From positions 1,289 through 65,288 of the forward strand of contig CALVLK010000003.1 of assembly GCA_944337235.1 (NCBI GenBank): DNA of 64,000 nucleotides. The letters are read 5' to 3'. This document shows, one piece after another, positions 9,965-19,626 of this stretch (the first letter of the stretch is position 1; every line of letters begins with the position of its first letter). The notes beneath the pieces were generated by a model that saw nothing but the letters and a program-made list of their open reading frames with translations, searched no databases and was not told the DNA's origin. Made by a program: the position numbers and the translations under genes. The DNA is from an uncultured Clostridia bacterium (GTDB lineage Bacteria; Bacillota; Clostridia; Christensenellales; Borkfalkiaceae).

Positions 9965-11158
9965 TTAGAGAAGCGCAGCCGTCTCGCGGGCGATGACAAG
10001 CTCCTCGTTGGTGGGGATGACGAGCACCTTCACGCGGGAATCGTCGGAAGAGATCTCGTGGATGCTGCCGTCGTTGCGGTATTCGTTGCGCGCAGGATCC
10101 AGCATGACGCCGAATGCGTCCAGTCCCTTGAGGATGGCCGCGCGGATGAGGGGGGTATTCTCGCCGACGCCCGCCGTAAAGACGATGCAGTCAAGCCCGC
10201 CCAGCGCAGCCATATAGGCGCCGATGTACTTCTTGCAGGCATAGGTGAACATGTCGAGCGCCAGGCGCGCGCGGTCGTTGCCCGCCTCCTTTGCCGCTTT
10301 CAGGTCGCGGAAGTCGGAGGAGACGCCCGAGACGCCGAGCATGCCGCACTTCTTGTTGAGGTAGACGAGCCCTTCGTCCATCGTCATGCCCTTCTTCTTG
10401 CAGAGGAAGTCGATGGCGGCGACGTCGATATCGCCGCTGCGCGTTCCCATGGGAACGCCCGCAAGGGGGGTAAAGCCCATGGAGGTATCGATGCACTTTC
10501 CGCCGTCCACGGCAGAGATGGAGGAACCGTTGCCCAAATGGCAGGTGATGATCTTCAGCTCCTCAGGCTTCTTGCCCAGAAACTCTGCCGCCGCCCCGAC
10601 GACATATTTGTGTGAAGTGCGGTGCGCGCCGTAACGGCGCACCTTGTATTGTTTGTAGTCGTCGTAATCGATGGCGTAGAGATAGGCGTAGTCGGGCATC
10701 GTCGCATGAAAGGACGTGTCGAATACGAGCGCCATCTTTTTATCCGGCATGACGGCGCGGCAGGCGTTGATGCCGAGGATCGCCGCGGGGTTGTGCAGCG
10801 GCGCAAGTTCGGCGATCTCGTCCATGATCTTCATGACCTCGTCGGTGACGAGCGTGGTCTTGGTGAAAGCCTCGCCCGAGGCGACGACGCGATGACCGAC
10901 GGCGTCGATCTCGTCCATCGAAGCGATGACCCCCGCCTCGCCGTCTACCAGTTCCTTCAGAACGAGCGAGATCGCCTCGGTGTGGTTGGGCATATCCTGT
11001 TCGACGACGAACTCCCTGCCGTGCGCCTTATGTACGAGGTTGCTGCCCGCAAGGCCGATGCGCTCGCAGGTGCCCTTGGCGATGACCCTCTCCGTCTCCA
11101 TGTCGATGAGCTGATATTTGAGCGAGGAACTCCCCGCATTGATGACCAAAATTTTCAT
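9965..11158 (-). CDS. ackA: Acetate kinase
   Basis: Start MKILVINAGSSSLKYQL follows a GGAGGA RBS; 397 aa. The upstream 177 aa of the track ORF overlap pta and were rejected. Confidence 0.95.
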   Translation of the reverse strand: MKILVINAGSSSLKYQLIDMETERVIAKGTCERIGLAGSNLVHKAHGREFVVEQDMPNHTEAISLVLKELVDGEAGVIASMDEIDAVGHRVVASGEAFTKTTLVTDEVMKIMDEIAELAPLHNPAAILGINACRAVMPDKKMALVFDTSFHATMPDYAYLYAIDYDDYKQYKVRRYGAHRTSHKYVVGAAAEFLGKKPEELKIITCHLGNGSSISAVDGGKCIDTSMGFTPLAGVPMGTRSGDIDVAAIDFLCKKKGMTMDEGLVYLNKKCGMLGVSGVSSDFRDLKAAKEAGNDRARLALDMFTYACKKYIGAYMAALGGLDCIVFTAGVGENTPLIRAAILKGLDAFGVMLDPARNEYRNDGSIHEISSDDSRVKVLVIPTNEELVIARETAALL

Positions 11159-11177
11159 GTTTTCCTCCTGTTGACGA

Positions 11178-12224
11178 TCATTCCCTGGTCTGAAGCGCCG
11201 TGATCGCGACCGCGCAGACGATGTCGCTCGCCTTGCATCCGCGGGACAGATCATTGAGCGGCTTTGCAAAGCCCTGGCAGATGGGGCCGATCGCCTGGAA
11301 TCCGCCCAGACGCTCTGCGATCTTGTAGCCGATGTTGCCCGACTGCAGATCGGGGAAGATGAGCACGTTCGCATGCCCTGCGACCTCGGACCCGGGCGCC
11401 TTAAACTCGCCCACGGAGGGCACGAGCGCCGCGTCGAACTGCAGCTCGCCGTCGATCTTGAGGTCGGGCGCCTTCTCTTTGGCGATGCGCACCGCCTCCT
11501 GCACGAGGGTGACATAGTCATGCTTGGCGCTGCCCTTGGTCGAGAAGGAGAGCATTGCGACCTTGGGATCGAGCCCGGCGATCTCCTTTGCGCTCTTTGC
11601 CGTGGCGATGGCGCAGTCCGCAAGCCCCTCCGCCGTATAGGTGGGGTTGAGCCCGCAGTCCGCAAAGACAAGTTTGCCGTCCGGCACATATTCGTTGCCG
11701 CCCATGGGGGCGACCATGAGGTTGAAGCTGGAGACCGAACTTACGCCGGGCGCCGTCTTGATGATCTGCAGCCCGGGGCGCAGCGTGTTGGCGGTCGTGT
11801 GGCATGCGCCGGAGACGAGCCCGTCCGCATCCCCCGATTTGAGCATGAGCGCGCCGAAGAAGGTGGCGTCTTGCGCCTGTTCCTTCGCCTGCTCCTCCGT
11901 CATGCCCTTGGCCTTTCTCAGCTCGTAAAGAAGCGCCGCATAGCTGTCGAGTTTGGGTGACGTTGCAGGATCGATGATCTCGATATAGCTGAGATCGACA
12001 TTGGGATTTGCCTTTTTGATCTCCTCTTCCTTGCCCAAAAGCACGATCCGCGCAATCTTTTCGCGCGTGCAGATCGCCGCCGCCTCGACGACGCGTTTGT
12101 CTTCACCTTCGCACAAAACGATCTTCTTGTTCAGCTCCTGCGCCTTTTTTTTGATCTCTTCGATGATCGTACCGCTCTCGGCGATCCTTCTGCCGAGATC
12201 CTTTACCTTGTCCATGAATGCCAT
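11178..12224 (-). CDS. pta: Phosphate acetyltransferase
   Basis: 348 aa of the Pta family, forming a pta-ackA pair. Confidence 0.95.
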   Translation of the reverse strand: MAFMDKVKDLGRRIAESGTIIEEIKKKAQELNKKIVLCEGEDKRVVEAAAICTREKIARIVLLGKEEEIKKANPNVDLSYIEIIDPATSPKLDSYAALLYELRKAKGMTEEQAKEQAQDATFFGALMLKSGDADGLVSGACHTTANTLRPGLQIIKTAPGVSSVSSFNLMVAPMGGNEYVPDGKLVFADCGLNPTYTAEGLADCAIATAKSAKEIAGLDPKVAMLSFSTKGSAKHDYVTLVQEAVRIAKEKAPDLKIDGELQFDAALVPSVGEFKAPGSEVAGHANVLIFPDLQSGNIGYKIAERLGGFQAIGPICQGFAKPLNDLSRGCKASDIVCAVAITALQTRE

Positions 12225-12326
12225 TGCAATAAACTCCGTATTCGCTTTATTTTCTCCCCGTGATGTGATATAATGGCGGAAAGTAACTTACGCCCCCCAG
12301 AATGCCACATCGGGCAGTTCTCTGTT

Positions 12327-12355
12327 ATTATACACCAACTCGCAAAAAATGTAAA
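12327..12355 (-). promoter_or_regulatory. Candidate pta-ackA promoter
   Basis: Minus strand reads TTTACA, 17 nt, TATAAT. Confidence 0.45.
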
Positions 12356-12372
12356 GAGCAAGAGGAAGAAAA

Positions 12373-13557
12373 ATGAAATTTTGTGCGGTGATTTGCGAAT
12401 ACAACCCCTTTCATAACGGGCACAAATATCAGCTGGAGGAGATCCGCAAACGCAGCGGGTGCGACAAGATCCTCTGCGTTATGAGCGGGAACTTCACCCA
12501 GCGCGGCGAGCCGGCGATCCTGAACAAATACGACCGCGCCCTGCACGCCGTAAAGAACGGCGCCGACGCGGTGATCGAGCTGCCCGTGCCCTTTGCCGTG
12601 TCCCCGGCGGAGATCTTTGCCGCGGGCGCGGTGCACATCATTAGCTCCATCCCCGCGGTCAAGGCGCTCGCCTTCGGCTGCGAGAGCGGGGACAGGGAGA
12701 GCTTTCTCAACGCCGCACGCGCAACGCTCTCCGAGGACAAGCAGTTCAAGGCGACGCTCAAAGAGCACATGAAGGACGGGACCTCCTATGTGAAGGCGCG
12801 CACGCAGACGGTGCTCGAGCTGAACGGCGATATTGACGAGGCGCTGCTCACCGCGCCCAACAACATCCTCGGCACGGAGTACTGCCGCGCGCTTTTGCAG
12901 GAACACAGCGCCATACAGCCGCTGCCCATCCCGCGCGTGGGCGCGGGATATGCCGACGAGACGCCGCAGAAAAATTTCTCCTCGGCGACCGCCCTGCGCG
13001 GCTGTCTTGCCCGCGGCGACAAAAAGTCGATGAAACTTCTGCGCGGCAACCTGCCCGCCTGCGTCTTTGACGATCTTGTCAGGGCGCAGCCCTTCCCCTA
13101 TCGGCAGGCGGCGCTGTGCGCGCTGATCCGCTCGGCGCCCGACGAGCTTGCCCGCTGCCCCGACTGCTCGGAGGGGCTGGAAAACAAGCTGCGCACGATG
13201 GCAAAGAGCAACTCTTCCTACGAGGAGATCATTGAAAAGACGGTCTCCAAGCGCTATACCGCTTCCCGCCTCAAGCGCATTCTGATGCAGAACTTCCTCG
13301 GCGTCACGCGGGCGGAGCTGCGCGCCTTCCGTACCGATCCGCTCTACTGCAACCTGCTCGCCGTCGGCAAAAAGGACACCGCCGAGATGCTTGCCGCCCT
13401 CTCGGAGGGGCCCTTCCCGCTGCTCGTGCGCAAGAGCGACTACGGCGCGCTCAAACGCACCGCACTCGCCTGCTTTGCCCTCGACGTGCGCGCCAACGAT
13501 TTATACAATGCACTGACGGGAAAACATACCAACGAATATGAGACGCGCTTTCTGTAA
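12373..13557 (+). CDS. tmcAL: tRNA(Met) cytidine acetate ligase (YlbM/UPF0348 nucleotidyltransferase)
   Basis: The N-terminus MKFCAVICEYNPFHNGHKYQLEEI matches the family signature. Confidence 0.8.
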   Translation: MKFCAVICEYNPFHNGHKYQLEEIRKRSGCDKILCVMSGNFTQRGEPAILNKYDRALHAVKNGADAVIELPVPFAVSPAEIFAAGAVHIISSIPAVKALAFGCESGDRESFLNAARATLSEDKQFKATLKEHMKDGTSYVKARTQTVLELNGDIDEALLTAPNNILGTEYCRALLQEHSAIQPLPIPRVGAGYADETPQKNFSSATALRGCLARGDKKSMKLLRGNLPACVFDDLVRAQPFPYRQAALCALIRSAPDELARCPDCSEGLENKLRTMAKSNSSYEEIIEKTVSKRYTASRLKRILMQNFLGVTRAELRAFRTDPLYCNLLAVGKKDTAEMLAALSEGPFPLLVRKSDYGALKRTALACFALDVRANDLYNALTGKHTNEYETRFL

Positions 13558-13577
13558 TGCGCGTCCTATCCTTTCGG

Positions 13578-13605
13578 AAAAAACTCCCCCGCGGGGGAGT
13601 TTTTT
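13578..13605 (+). terminator. Rho-independent terminator after tmcAL
   Basis: ACTCCCC-cgcg-GGGGAGT followed by TTTTT. Confidence 0.7.
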
Positions 13606-13610
13606 GCAGC

Positions 13611-13635
13611 CAAAAGGCTCCCACAACGGGGAGCC
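13611..13635 (-). terminator. Terminator after GH43 gene (convergent with previous)
   Basis: GGCTCCC / GGGAGCC stem followed by TTTTG on the minus strand. Confidence 0.6.
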
Positions 13636-13662
13636 TTTGTCTTAACATGATGCTTTGCACGC

Positions 13663-15630
13663 TCAGCCCACGAGGCCCTCGCCCGAAATGGTCGAGACGT
13701 TGTTCATGAACATGGCAGTGCTGTAGGTGGTGCGGTTGGTGTGCCCCATACAGGTAATGGTGAAGCCCGATCTGTTCTGATCGTCGAGCCAGGCGGGGCG
13801 CACGACGCCGTAGTAGGTAAATTCTTCGCAGCCCGTCAGCGCCCGTTCAAAGGAGAATTTGATATATCCTCTGCCGTACATCAGCCATGTGCCGATCTCA
13901 GCGCCGTCCTGCATGACGGAGCCGCTGTTGGGATCGGACGCGCTCTGCGTGAGCGTGACCTCGACCGAGGTCTTGGGCGTGTTGTCGTTGCCGAGCGCAA
14001 CCATCTTGAACCTGCCGTTGTCGGTGCAGGCAAACAGTTCCTCCGCCGATACGCTGCGGTCCACCTCCGCGCCGTAGCGGTTGGGATTGATGACGATATC
14101 GCCCATGCTGTTGAGATAGTATTGGTGCAGCTGAACCATAAACACCATGTCGCCATAGGTGCGCGTTCTTGTGATATAGGCGGCGATGTTGACGCCCGCG
14201 CTCGTGGTGAAGAGGTCGTTGTGCCCGGGATAGAGGATGTCGGTAGAGGTGTTCCCCGCAGACTTGTCTGCCCAGGTAAAGCTGCCCATATATTTATTGC
14301 CGCCGTTCTGGCGGTTGGCGGAGCCGTAATTCTGCACCAGCCCGTTGTTGACGGAGCGGTAGAAGCCCCAGACGTTGTCGCTGCGGCCGCCCCACATCTG
14401 ATAGCCGGAATCGAGCGGGTTGAAGGAATGCATCGAATAGTAATAGGTCACGCCCTCGACGCCCTCCGGCTCGCCCGCTTCGTTATAGGTCGCCGTTTCG
14501 TCCGCGACCTTGACGTTGCTGTGGCGGGCGATGACGGGCCCCTCCTCTGCGCCGTAGGAGATCATGGTGCCGTAATAGTCATGCGTGACCGCCTGTTCGC
14601 TGACAAAGCTCGAATAGATCGCAGCAGCCTCGTTGCGGTAACCGCGGATGGTCTGCCAGTCAAAAAAGACATTGTCGGAGTACACCCCGTCCTTGCGCAT
14701 GCCCGATTCGGGATCGAGCTCGAGCATCCAGTTTCCCGTGCCGAAGGAGCCGTACGCCATGTACATATTGCCCTCGGTATCGTAGATGATCTGCGGGTCG
14801 ATGGCGTTCACGTCGAGCTGCCCCTCCGCCGTATTGGGAATGACGGACTGCAGCAGCACGCCCTCGTATTCAAAGGAGCCCGCCTCGAGCGAGTCGGAGC
14901 TGAAGAGCGCGATGCACGCCATGGAATAATCGGTCCCCTCGATGTTCTGATATCCGTTGGAGACGCAGCAGGTGTACAGCCAGTATTCGCCGTCCGGCGC
15001 CGCGACGATATCGGGCGCCCACCACTGCAGATAGCCGTTGTTGGTCCCGCCGATCCACTCGGCAATCTCGACCATCTGCGTCTGCGCCGTCATGGTCTTG
15101 CCCATATATTCCCAGGTGAGAAGATCGGTGGAGCGGCGGATCTCGTTGCCTGTCGCCCAGCCGGTGGAAAAGATATAGTAAGCGGGCGCGCCGTCCTCCT
15201 CCACCTCGATGAGCGAAGGATCGTGGCAGCTGCCGAGCAGCGTGCCGCCCTGCGCATAGTCGGTTGCCGTGCCCGAATACTGCGTGCCGGGATCGGTGAT
15301 GTACGCCGGCTCGACCTCGATGCGGAAGGCGGAGCCGTCGGCCAGCGTGCAGAAGATGACGCCCTCGCTCTGCGCGGTAAAGACGCCGTTTTCATAGGTC
15401 GCCACGGCCGAGGCGTCTACGGTGTTGCCCGCACCGTCGACGGCGGTCATGGACTGCACATCGGCGAGCGCATAGGTGCTGTCCGCCGCGGCGATATAGC
15501 CGAGACCGAGGTTGTCGTAGCAGATGCGCGCAGCCGTCACTGCCTCTTCCTCTCCTCCGCCGCAGGCGGCGAGCACAGACAGCGCCATGACGGAGCTGAG
15601 CGCGATCGCGATCAAACTTTTTTTGTTCAT
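13663..15630 (-). CDS. Glycoside hydrolase family 43-like (arabinanase-type) lipoprotein
   Basis: Lipobox LAAC|GGG. Catalytic-type motifs CHDPSLIE, WWAPDIV and AEEGPVI in GH43 order. Confidence 0.7.
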   Translation of the reverse strand: MNKKSLIAIALSSVMALSVLAACGGGEEEAVTAARICYDNLGLGYIAAADSTYALADVQSMTAVDGAGNTVDASAVATYENGVFTAQSEGVIFCTLADGSAFRIEVEPAYITDPGTQYSGTATDYAQGGTLLGSCHDPSLIEVEEDGAPAYYIFSTGWATGNEIRRSTDLLTWEYMGKTMTAQTQMVEIAEWIGGTNNGYLQWWAPDIVAAPDGEYWLYTCCVSNGYQNIEGTDYSMACIALFSSDSLEAGSFEYEGVLLQSVIPNTAEGQLDVNAIDPQIIYDTEGNMYMAYGSFGTGNWMLELDPESGMRKDGVYSDNVFFDWQTIRGYRNEAAAIYSSFVSEQAVTHDYYGTMISYGAEEGPVIARHSNVKVADETATYNEAGEPEGVEGVTYYYSMHSFNPLDSGYQMWGGRSDNVWGFYRSVNNGLVQNYGSANRQNGGNKYMGSFTWADKSAGNTSTDILYPGHNDLFTTSAGVNIAAYITRTRTYGDMVFMVQLHQYYLNSMGDIVINPNRYGAEVDRSVSAEELFACTDNGRFKMVALGNDNTPKTSVEVTLTQSASDPNSGSVMQDGAEIGTWLMYGRGYIKFSFERALTGCEEFTYYGVVRPAWLDDQNRSGFTITCMGHTNRTTYSTAMFMNNVSTISGEGLVG

Positions 15631-15659
15631 GTCGGTTTCCCCCTGTAATCATTGTATCC

Positions 15660-15688
15660 AGTTTAGCACATCTCCCCCCGATTTGCAA
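15660..15688 (-). promoter_or_regulatory. Candidate promoter of GH43 gene
   Basis: Minus strand reads TTGCAA, 17 nt, TGcTAAACT. Confidence 0.45.
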
Positions 15689-15874
15689 GGGGCATTGCAA
15701 ATATTTCACTTAAAATGTAAAAAAATCCCCCAAATGAAGGATTCGGGCAAATATCGCTCCCTTTTAATCGGAATTTCACGCAGTTTACACCCGCATGGGT
15801 TATTTTATTTGCGCAGTCGGAAGTCCCGACCGACGCATGCTTACACTCCACAATTTTTTCATATTCTCTCACTA

Positions 15875-15916
15875 AACCAACCCCCTCTCCCGCATGGAAG
15901 AGGGGGTTGGTTTTTT
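15875..15916 (-). terminator. 14-bp hairpin downstream of FAD-protein gene
   Basis: AACCAACCCCCTCT / AGAGGGGGTTGGTT stem. The T-run is better on the plus strand and only TTT on the minus strand. Confidence 0.5.
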
Positions 15917-15919
15917 CTG

Positions 15920-17440
15920 TTACAGGTAGCGCTCCGCGATCGCCTGCGCAATGCGGATGCCGTCTGCCGCCGCCGAGGAGATGCCGCCCGCATAGCCGCA
16001 GCCCTCGCCGCAGGGATATACGTCCGCACATCCCACCGCCTGCAGATCTTCGCCGCGCACGACGCGCACGGGCGAGCTTGTGCGCGATTCTACCCCCGTG
16101 AGCACGCTCTCGTAGGCAGAAAAGCCCTCTAAACGGCGGTTCATGTCGGGGATCGCAGCCTTGAGCGCCGCCACGAGCGGGGGCGGCAGATATGCCGCCA
16201 CGGGCGCGAACGAGGTCCCGCGCGCATAGGTGGGGCGCACCTGCCCGAAGTAATAGCTCTCGCGGTCGGCAAGGAAGTCCCCCGTCAGCTGCACGGGGGC
16301 GAGGTAGTTCCCGCCCGCGGCACGGTATGCCGCGCGCTCGATCCTGCGCTGGAATTCCACGCCCGCCAGCGGGGAATCGCCCGAAAAATCCTGCTTTCTG
16401 ACCTGCACGACGAGCGCGGCGTTGGCGTTTTTGCCATCGCGCAAGAAGTTGCTCATGCCGTTGACGACCACGCCGCCCTCCTCCGAGGCGGAAGGGATGA
16501 CTACGCCGCCCGGACACATACAAAAGGAGAACACGGCGCGCTCGCTCGCGTGCGACACAAGTTTATAGTCCGCGGCGGGCAGACCCACATAGCCCTCGCC
16601 GTACTGCGCCCGCCCGATGTCGGACTGCAGATGCTCGATGCGCACGCCCACGGCAAACTCCTTCTGTTCCATACAAAAGCCGCGCGCAAGCAGCATTTCG
16701 AAGGTGTCGCGCGCGCTGTGCCCCACGGCAAGCACGAGCAGCTTTGCCTCCTCGCGCACGCCGTTGACAAAGATCGCCTGCAGCCTGCCCGAGCGCACCT
16801 CGATGTCGGTCAGACAGGCGTTGTAGCGGATCTCTCCCCCGCGTGAGAGGATATATTCCCGCATGTTTGCGACGACGCGTTTGAGGTAGTCGCTGCCGAT
16901 ATGCGGTTTGCCCAGATATCCCACCTCCTCAGGGGCGCCGAAGTGCACGAAGGTGTCGAGGATCTCCCGCTGAAAGGGGCTGTTTGTCTGCGTATTGAGC
17001 TTCCCGTCGGAAAATGCGCCCGCCCCGCCCTCGCCGAACTGCACATTGCTGTCGGGGTCGAGCACGCCCGTACGACAGAACACGTCGATATCCTGCGCGC
17101 GCTCTTCGATGCGCTTCCCGCGCTCGAGCAGGACGGGCCGCATGCCGTGCGCCAGCAGGCGCAGCGCGCAGAACAGCCCGGCAGGCCCCGCCCCGGCAAT
17201 GTAGACGTCGGGCGTCTCGCCCCGCACGACGGGATAGAGCGGCACCTCCATCGGGGGATGGCGCGTCGCACATTCCAGCGTATAGACCCAATGGATGTTG
17301 GATTTATCGCGCGCGTCCAGCGACTTTTTCAGGATCTTCATATAGCGGCAGGGCGCGCGCAGCCGCCTGGAGCAGATGGCGATGAGCTCCTGCTCCGACT
17401 GCGACGGCCTGAGTTTGATGTTCTGTAAGAGAAGTTTCAT
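15920..17440 (-). CDS. FAD-dependent protein (COG2509-type uncharacterised dehydrogenase)
   Basis: Dinucleotide fold DVYIAGAGPAGLFCALRL. Start MKLLLQN overlaps the upstream stop (ATGA). Confidence 0.75.
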   Translation of the reverse strand: MKLLLQNIKLRPSQSEQELIAICSRRLRAPCRYMKILKKSLDARDKSNIHWVYTLECATRHPPMEVPLYPVVRGETPDVYIAGAGPAGLFCALRLLAHGMRPVLLERGKRIEERAQDIDVFCRTGVLDPDSNVQFGEGGAGAFSDGKLNTQTNSPFQREILDTFVHFGAPEEVGYLGKPHIGSDYLKRVVANMREYILSRGGEIRYNACLTDIEVRSGRLQAIFVNGVREEAKLLVLAVGHSARDTFEMLLARGFCMEQKEFAVGVRIEHLQSDIGRAQYGEGYVGLPAADYKLVSHASERAVFSFCMCPGGVVIPSASEEGGVVVNGMSNFLRDGKNANAALVVQVRKQDFSGDSPLAGVEFQRRIERAAYRAAGGNYLAPVQLTGDFLADRESYYFGQVRPTYARGTSFAPVAAYLPPPLVAALKAAIPDMNRRLEGFSAYESVLTGVESRTSSPVRVVRGEDLQAVGCADVYPCGEGCGYAGGISSAAADGIRIAQAIAERYL

Positions 17441-18567
17441 GAAATTGCCTCCGCAATGCAGGCGGCGGAGGTAAACGCCCACTGCAGATTATAGCCGCCG
17501 CATGCGCCGTCTACGTTGAGGAGTTCCCCCGCTAAAAACAGGCCGCGGTGCAGACGGCTCATCAGCCCGTCATCTGTCTCCGCAAGCGGCACGCCGCCCT
17601 TGGTGACCTGCGCATGATCGTAGCCGAGCGTACCCGCAACCGTGAGCGGGAAGCGCTTGATGAGCGCACAGAGCGCCCTGCGATCGCCCGCGGCGCGCCC
17701 TTCGAGCACCCGCCCCAATCCGTTGTTGACGAGGCACAGCAGCCCCTCGTGCGCCCGCAGAACGCCAAAAAGCCGTTCCTCGTCCACCTCCGGCAGAAGA
17801 TCGACGAGCAGCGTATCCCCGGAGCGGACATACGACGAGGCGCGGAACACCGCGTCGCCCGAGACGCCGCTCTCCGTAAACAGGATATCTCCGCGGCAGG
17901 AAAAGACCTCCTCCTGCCCCCGCAAGACGCGCAATCCGCCGTCCACGCGGATGCCCTTGAGGCCGCGCACCTCGCCCTTGGCGCAGCGCAGCTGCACGAG
18001 GGCGGGCGAGAGCGGGGTCACGCTGTGCCCCAGCATGCGGGCAAGCGAAAATCCGCTGCCGTCCGTGCCGAAGTGCGGGGCGGCACAGCCGCCCGCGGCA
18101 AGCACGATCCTCTCCGCCCTTCTCTCTTCGCCACCACACGAGAGGACGAACTGCCCCTTCTCCGCGGCGATACGCTCCACGCGGCAATCGGTGCAGACCG
18201 TGACATCGAAGCGCGCAAGTTCCCTGCGGAAGAGATCGGTCACGGCGGACGCCTGCCGCCCTGCAGGATACACCCTGCCGCGCGCATCGGGCAGGAAGAT
18301 GCCGCCCATGCTCTCTAAAAAAGTGATCGTATCCGCCGCGCCGAACTTTGCAAGGAGGCGGGCGACTTTGGCGGGGTCGTCGGAAAAATAATATTCGCCG
18401 CCCATGTTGAGATTGGTGACGTTGCCCTGCCCGTTTCCCGTGGCAGAGAGTTTGCGCCCGAGGCGGGGGGAGCGTTCGAGCAATGTCACGCGCGCGCCCC
18501 TTCTGCCCAGCATGACGGCGCACGCCATGCCGGAGGCGCCGCCGCCGATGATCACGATATGTTCCAC
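17437..18567 (-). CDS. HI0933/BaiN-family flavoprotein
   Basis: MEHIVIIGGGASGMACAV...KLSATGNGQGNVTN signature. Confidence 0.8.
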   Translation of the reverse strand: MEHIVIIGGGASGMACAVMLGRRGARVTLLERSPRLGRKLSATGNGQGNVTNLNMGGEYYFSDDPAKVARLLAKFGAADTITFLESMGGIFLPDARGRVYPAGRQASAVTDLFRRELARFDVTVCTDCRVERIAAEKGQFVLSCGGEERRAERIVLAAGGCAAPHFGTDGSGFSLARMLGHSVTPLSPALVQLRCAKGEVRGLKGIRVDGGLRVLRGQEEVFSCRGDILFTESGVSGDAVFRASSYVRSGDTLLVDLLPEVDEERLFGVLRAHEGLLCLVNNGLGRVLEGRAAGDRRALCALIKRFPLTVAGTLGYDHAQVTKGGVPLAETDDGLMSRLHRGLFLAGELLNVDGACGGYNLQWAFTSAACIAEAIS

Positions 18568-18824
18568 TTCAAACGCCCCCCGTTTCAGATACCTCTATTC
18601 TAACACATGTCGCGCCGCAAAGCAAGGCGGATGCGCCGGGAGATCTTCCGAAAATTGCGGAATGTCTCCGAAATGCCCGAAATCCGCCCGCCCCGCGCTT
18701 GGATCTTTGGCCGCGTCCGCATATTCTTTTACGATACCGAGCAAAAAAATTTGTCGATGGATTGACGGAACAAAAAAGTTGTGCTATAATATGCATGCAG
18801 AAAAATGTTCAGGAGAAACATATT

Positions 18825-19574
18825 ATGCCAACAAATGACATCTCAAACTTCTTCGACTTTACAAAACCGCTGACCTGGATCATCATCGCCGCCGTTGTCG
18901 TCGTTGTGATCGCGCTCATCGTCATCATCGCCTGCGCCGCAAAGAGAAAAAAGCGCCAAAAGGCGCAGCCGCAGGTCGCCCAGGCGCCCGCAGAGAGCGA
19001 AGCTGCCGCGGTGCAGGAGCGCCCTGCCGAAGCAGCGGCAGAGGCGCAGCAGGCGCCCGTTCAAGCGGAAGACGAACAGGCCGCGCAGGCGGAGCCTGAA
19101 CGCCCCGTGCAGGAGGAAAGGGAGGAGCAGCCCGCCCCGCCCGCAGCGCGGGAGGAGGCGCCCGCCAAATCACCCGCAAAGGAGAAGAAGATCCCCTCTG
19201 CCATTGCGCCCACCCCCAAGCCGTATGCGGGCAAATGGGTCATCTCGCAGGAGGACGGCGTATTCACCTTTGAACTGCGCGCCAACAACGGGGAAAAGCT
19301 GCTCGGCGGCGGAACGTACACCTCTTTGAACGGGGCAAAGAACGGCATCGAGACCTATCGCACCAACATCAAGGCGAACCGCTTCCGCGTGATCGCCACC
19401 AAATCGGGCGACTATATCTTCCAGCTGATGAATGCGCGCGGCACCCTGCTCGCATTCGGCGAGAGTTATAAGACCAAAGCCGGCTGCGAGAGCGCCGTGG
19501 AATCGACCAAGCGCTTTGCCGCCACCGCCGTCATGGAGGTCGCCGAAGAGAAGCAGGACAAACAGGAAAAATGA
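18825..19574 (+). CDS. Membrane-anchored protein with Ala/Glu/Pro-rich linker and tandem YegP (DUF1508) domains
   Basis: ATG at 18825 follows an AGGAGA RBS. TM segment WIIIAAVVVVVIALIVIIACAA. C-terminal repeats FELRANNGEKLL... and FQLMNARGTLLA... Confidence 0.7.
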   Translation: MPTNDISNFFDFTKPLTWIIIAAVVVVVIALIVIIACAAKRKKRQKAQPQVAQAPAESEAAAVQERPAEAAAEAQQAPVQAEDEQAAQAEPERPVQEEREEQPAPPAAREEAPAKSPAKEKKIPSAIAPTPKPYAGKWVISQEDGVFTFELRANNGEKLLGGGTYTSLNGAKNGIETYRTNIKANRFRVIATKSGDYIFQLMNARGTLLAFGESYKTKAGCESAVESTKRFAATAVMEVAEEKQDKQEK

Positions 19575-19586
19575 CAGAAGATACCA

Positions 19587-19626
19587 AGAGCGCTCCCGCG
19601 ATCATGTGGGGGCGCTCTCTTTTTAT
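19587..19626. terminator. Terminator between convergent yegP-like and mrp genes
   Basis: AGAGCGCTCCC / GGGGGCGCTCT stem followed by CTTTTT on the plus strand. Confidence 0.6.

Noticed and set aside
9965-11689. 574-aa version of the acetate kinase ORF
   Set aside because: The N-terminal 177 aa are Arg/Ser/Pro-rich junk that overlaps the pta coding region in another frame. The canonical MKILVINAGSSS start with an RBS is at 11158.
13741-15648. 635-aa plus-strand ORF
   Set aside because: Antisense shadow of the GH43 gene, with no motifs.
15875-15912. 14-bp hairpin as a plus-strand terminator of an unannotated plus-strand gene or sRNA
   Set aside because: There is no plus-strand ORF or promoter upstream; the region holds the GH43 promoter on the other strand. 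I kept it as the terminator of the minus-strand FAD-protein gene, with reduced confidence.
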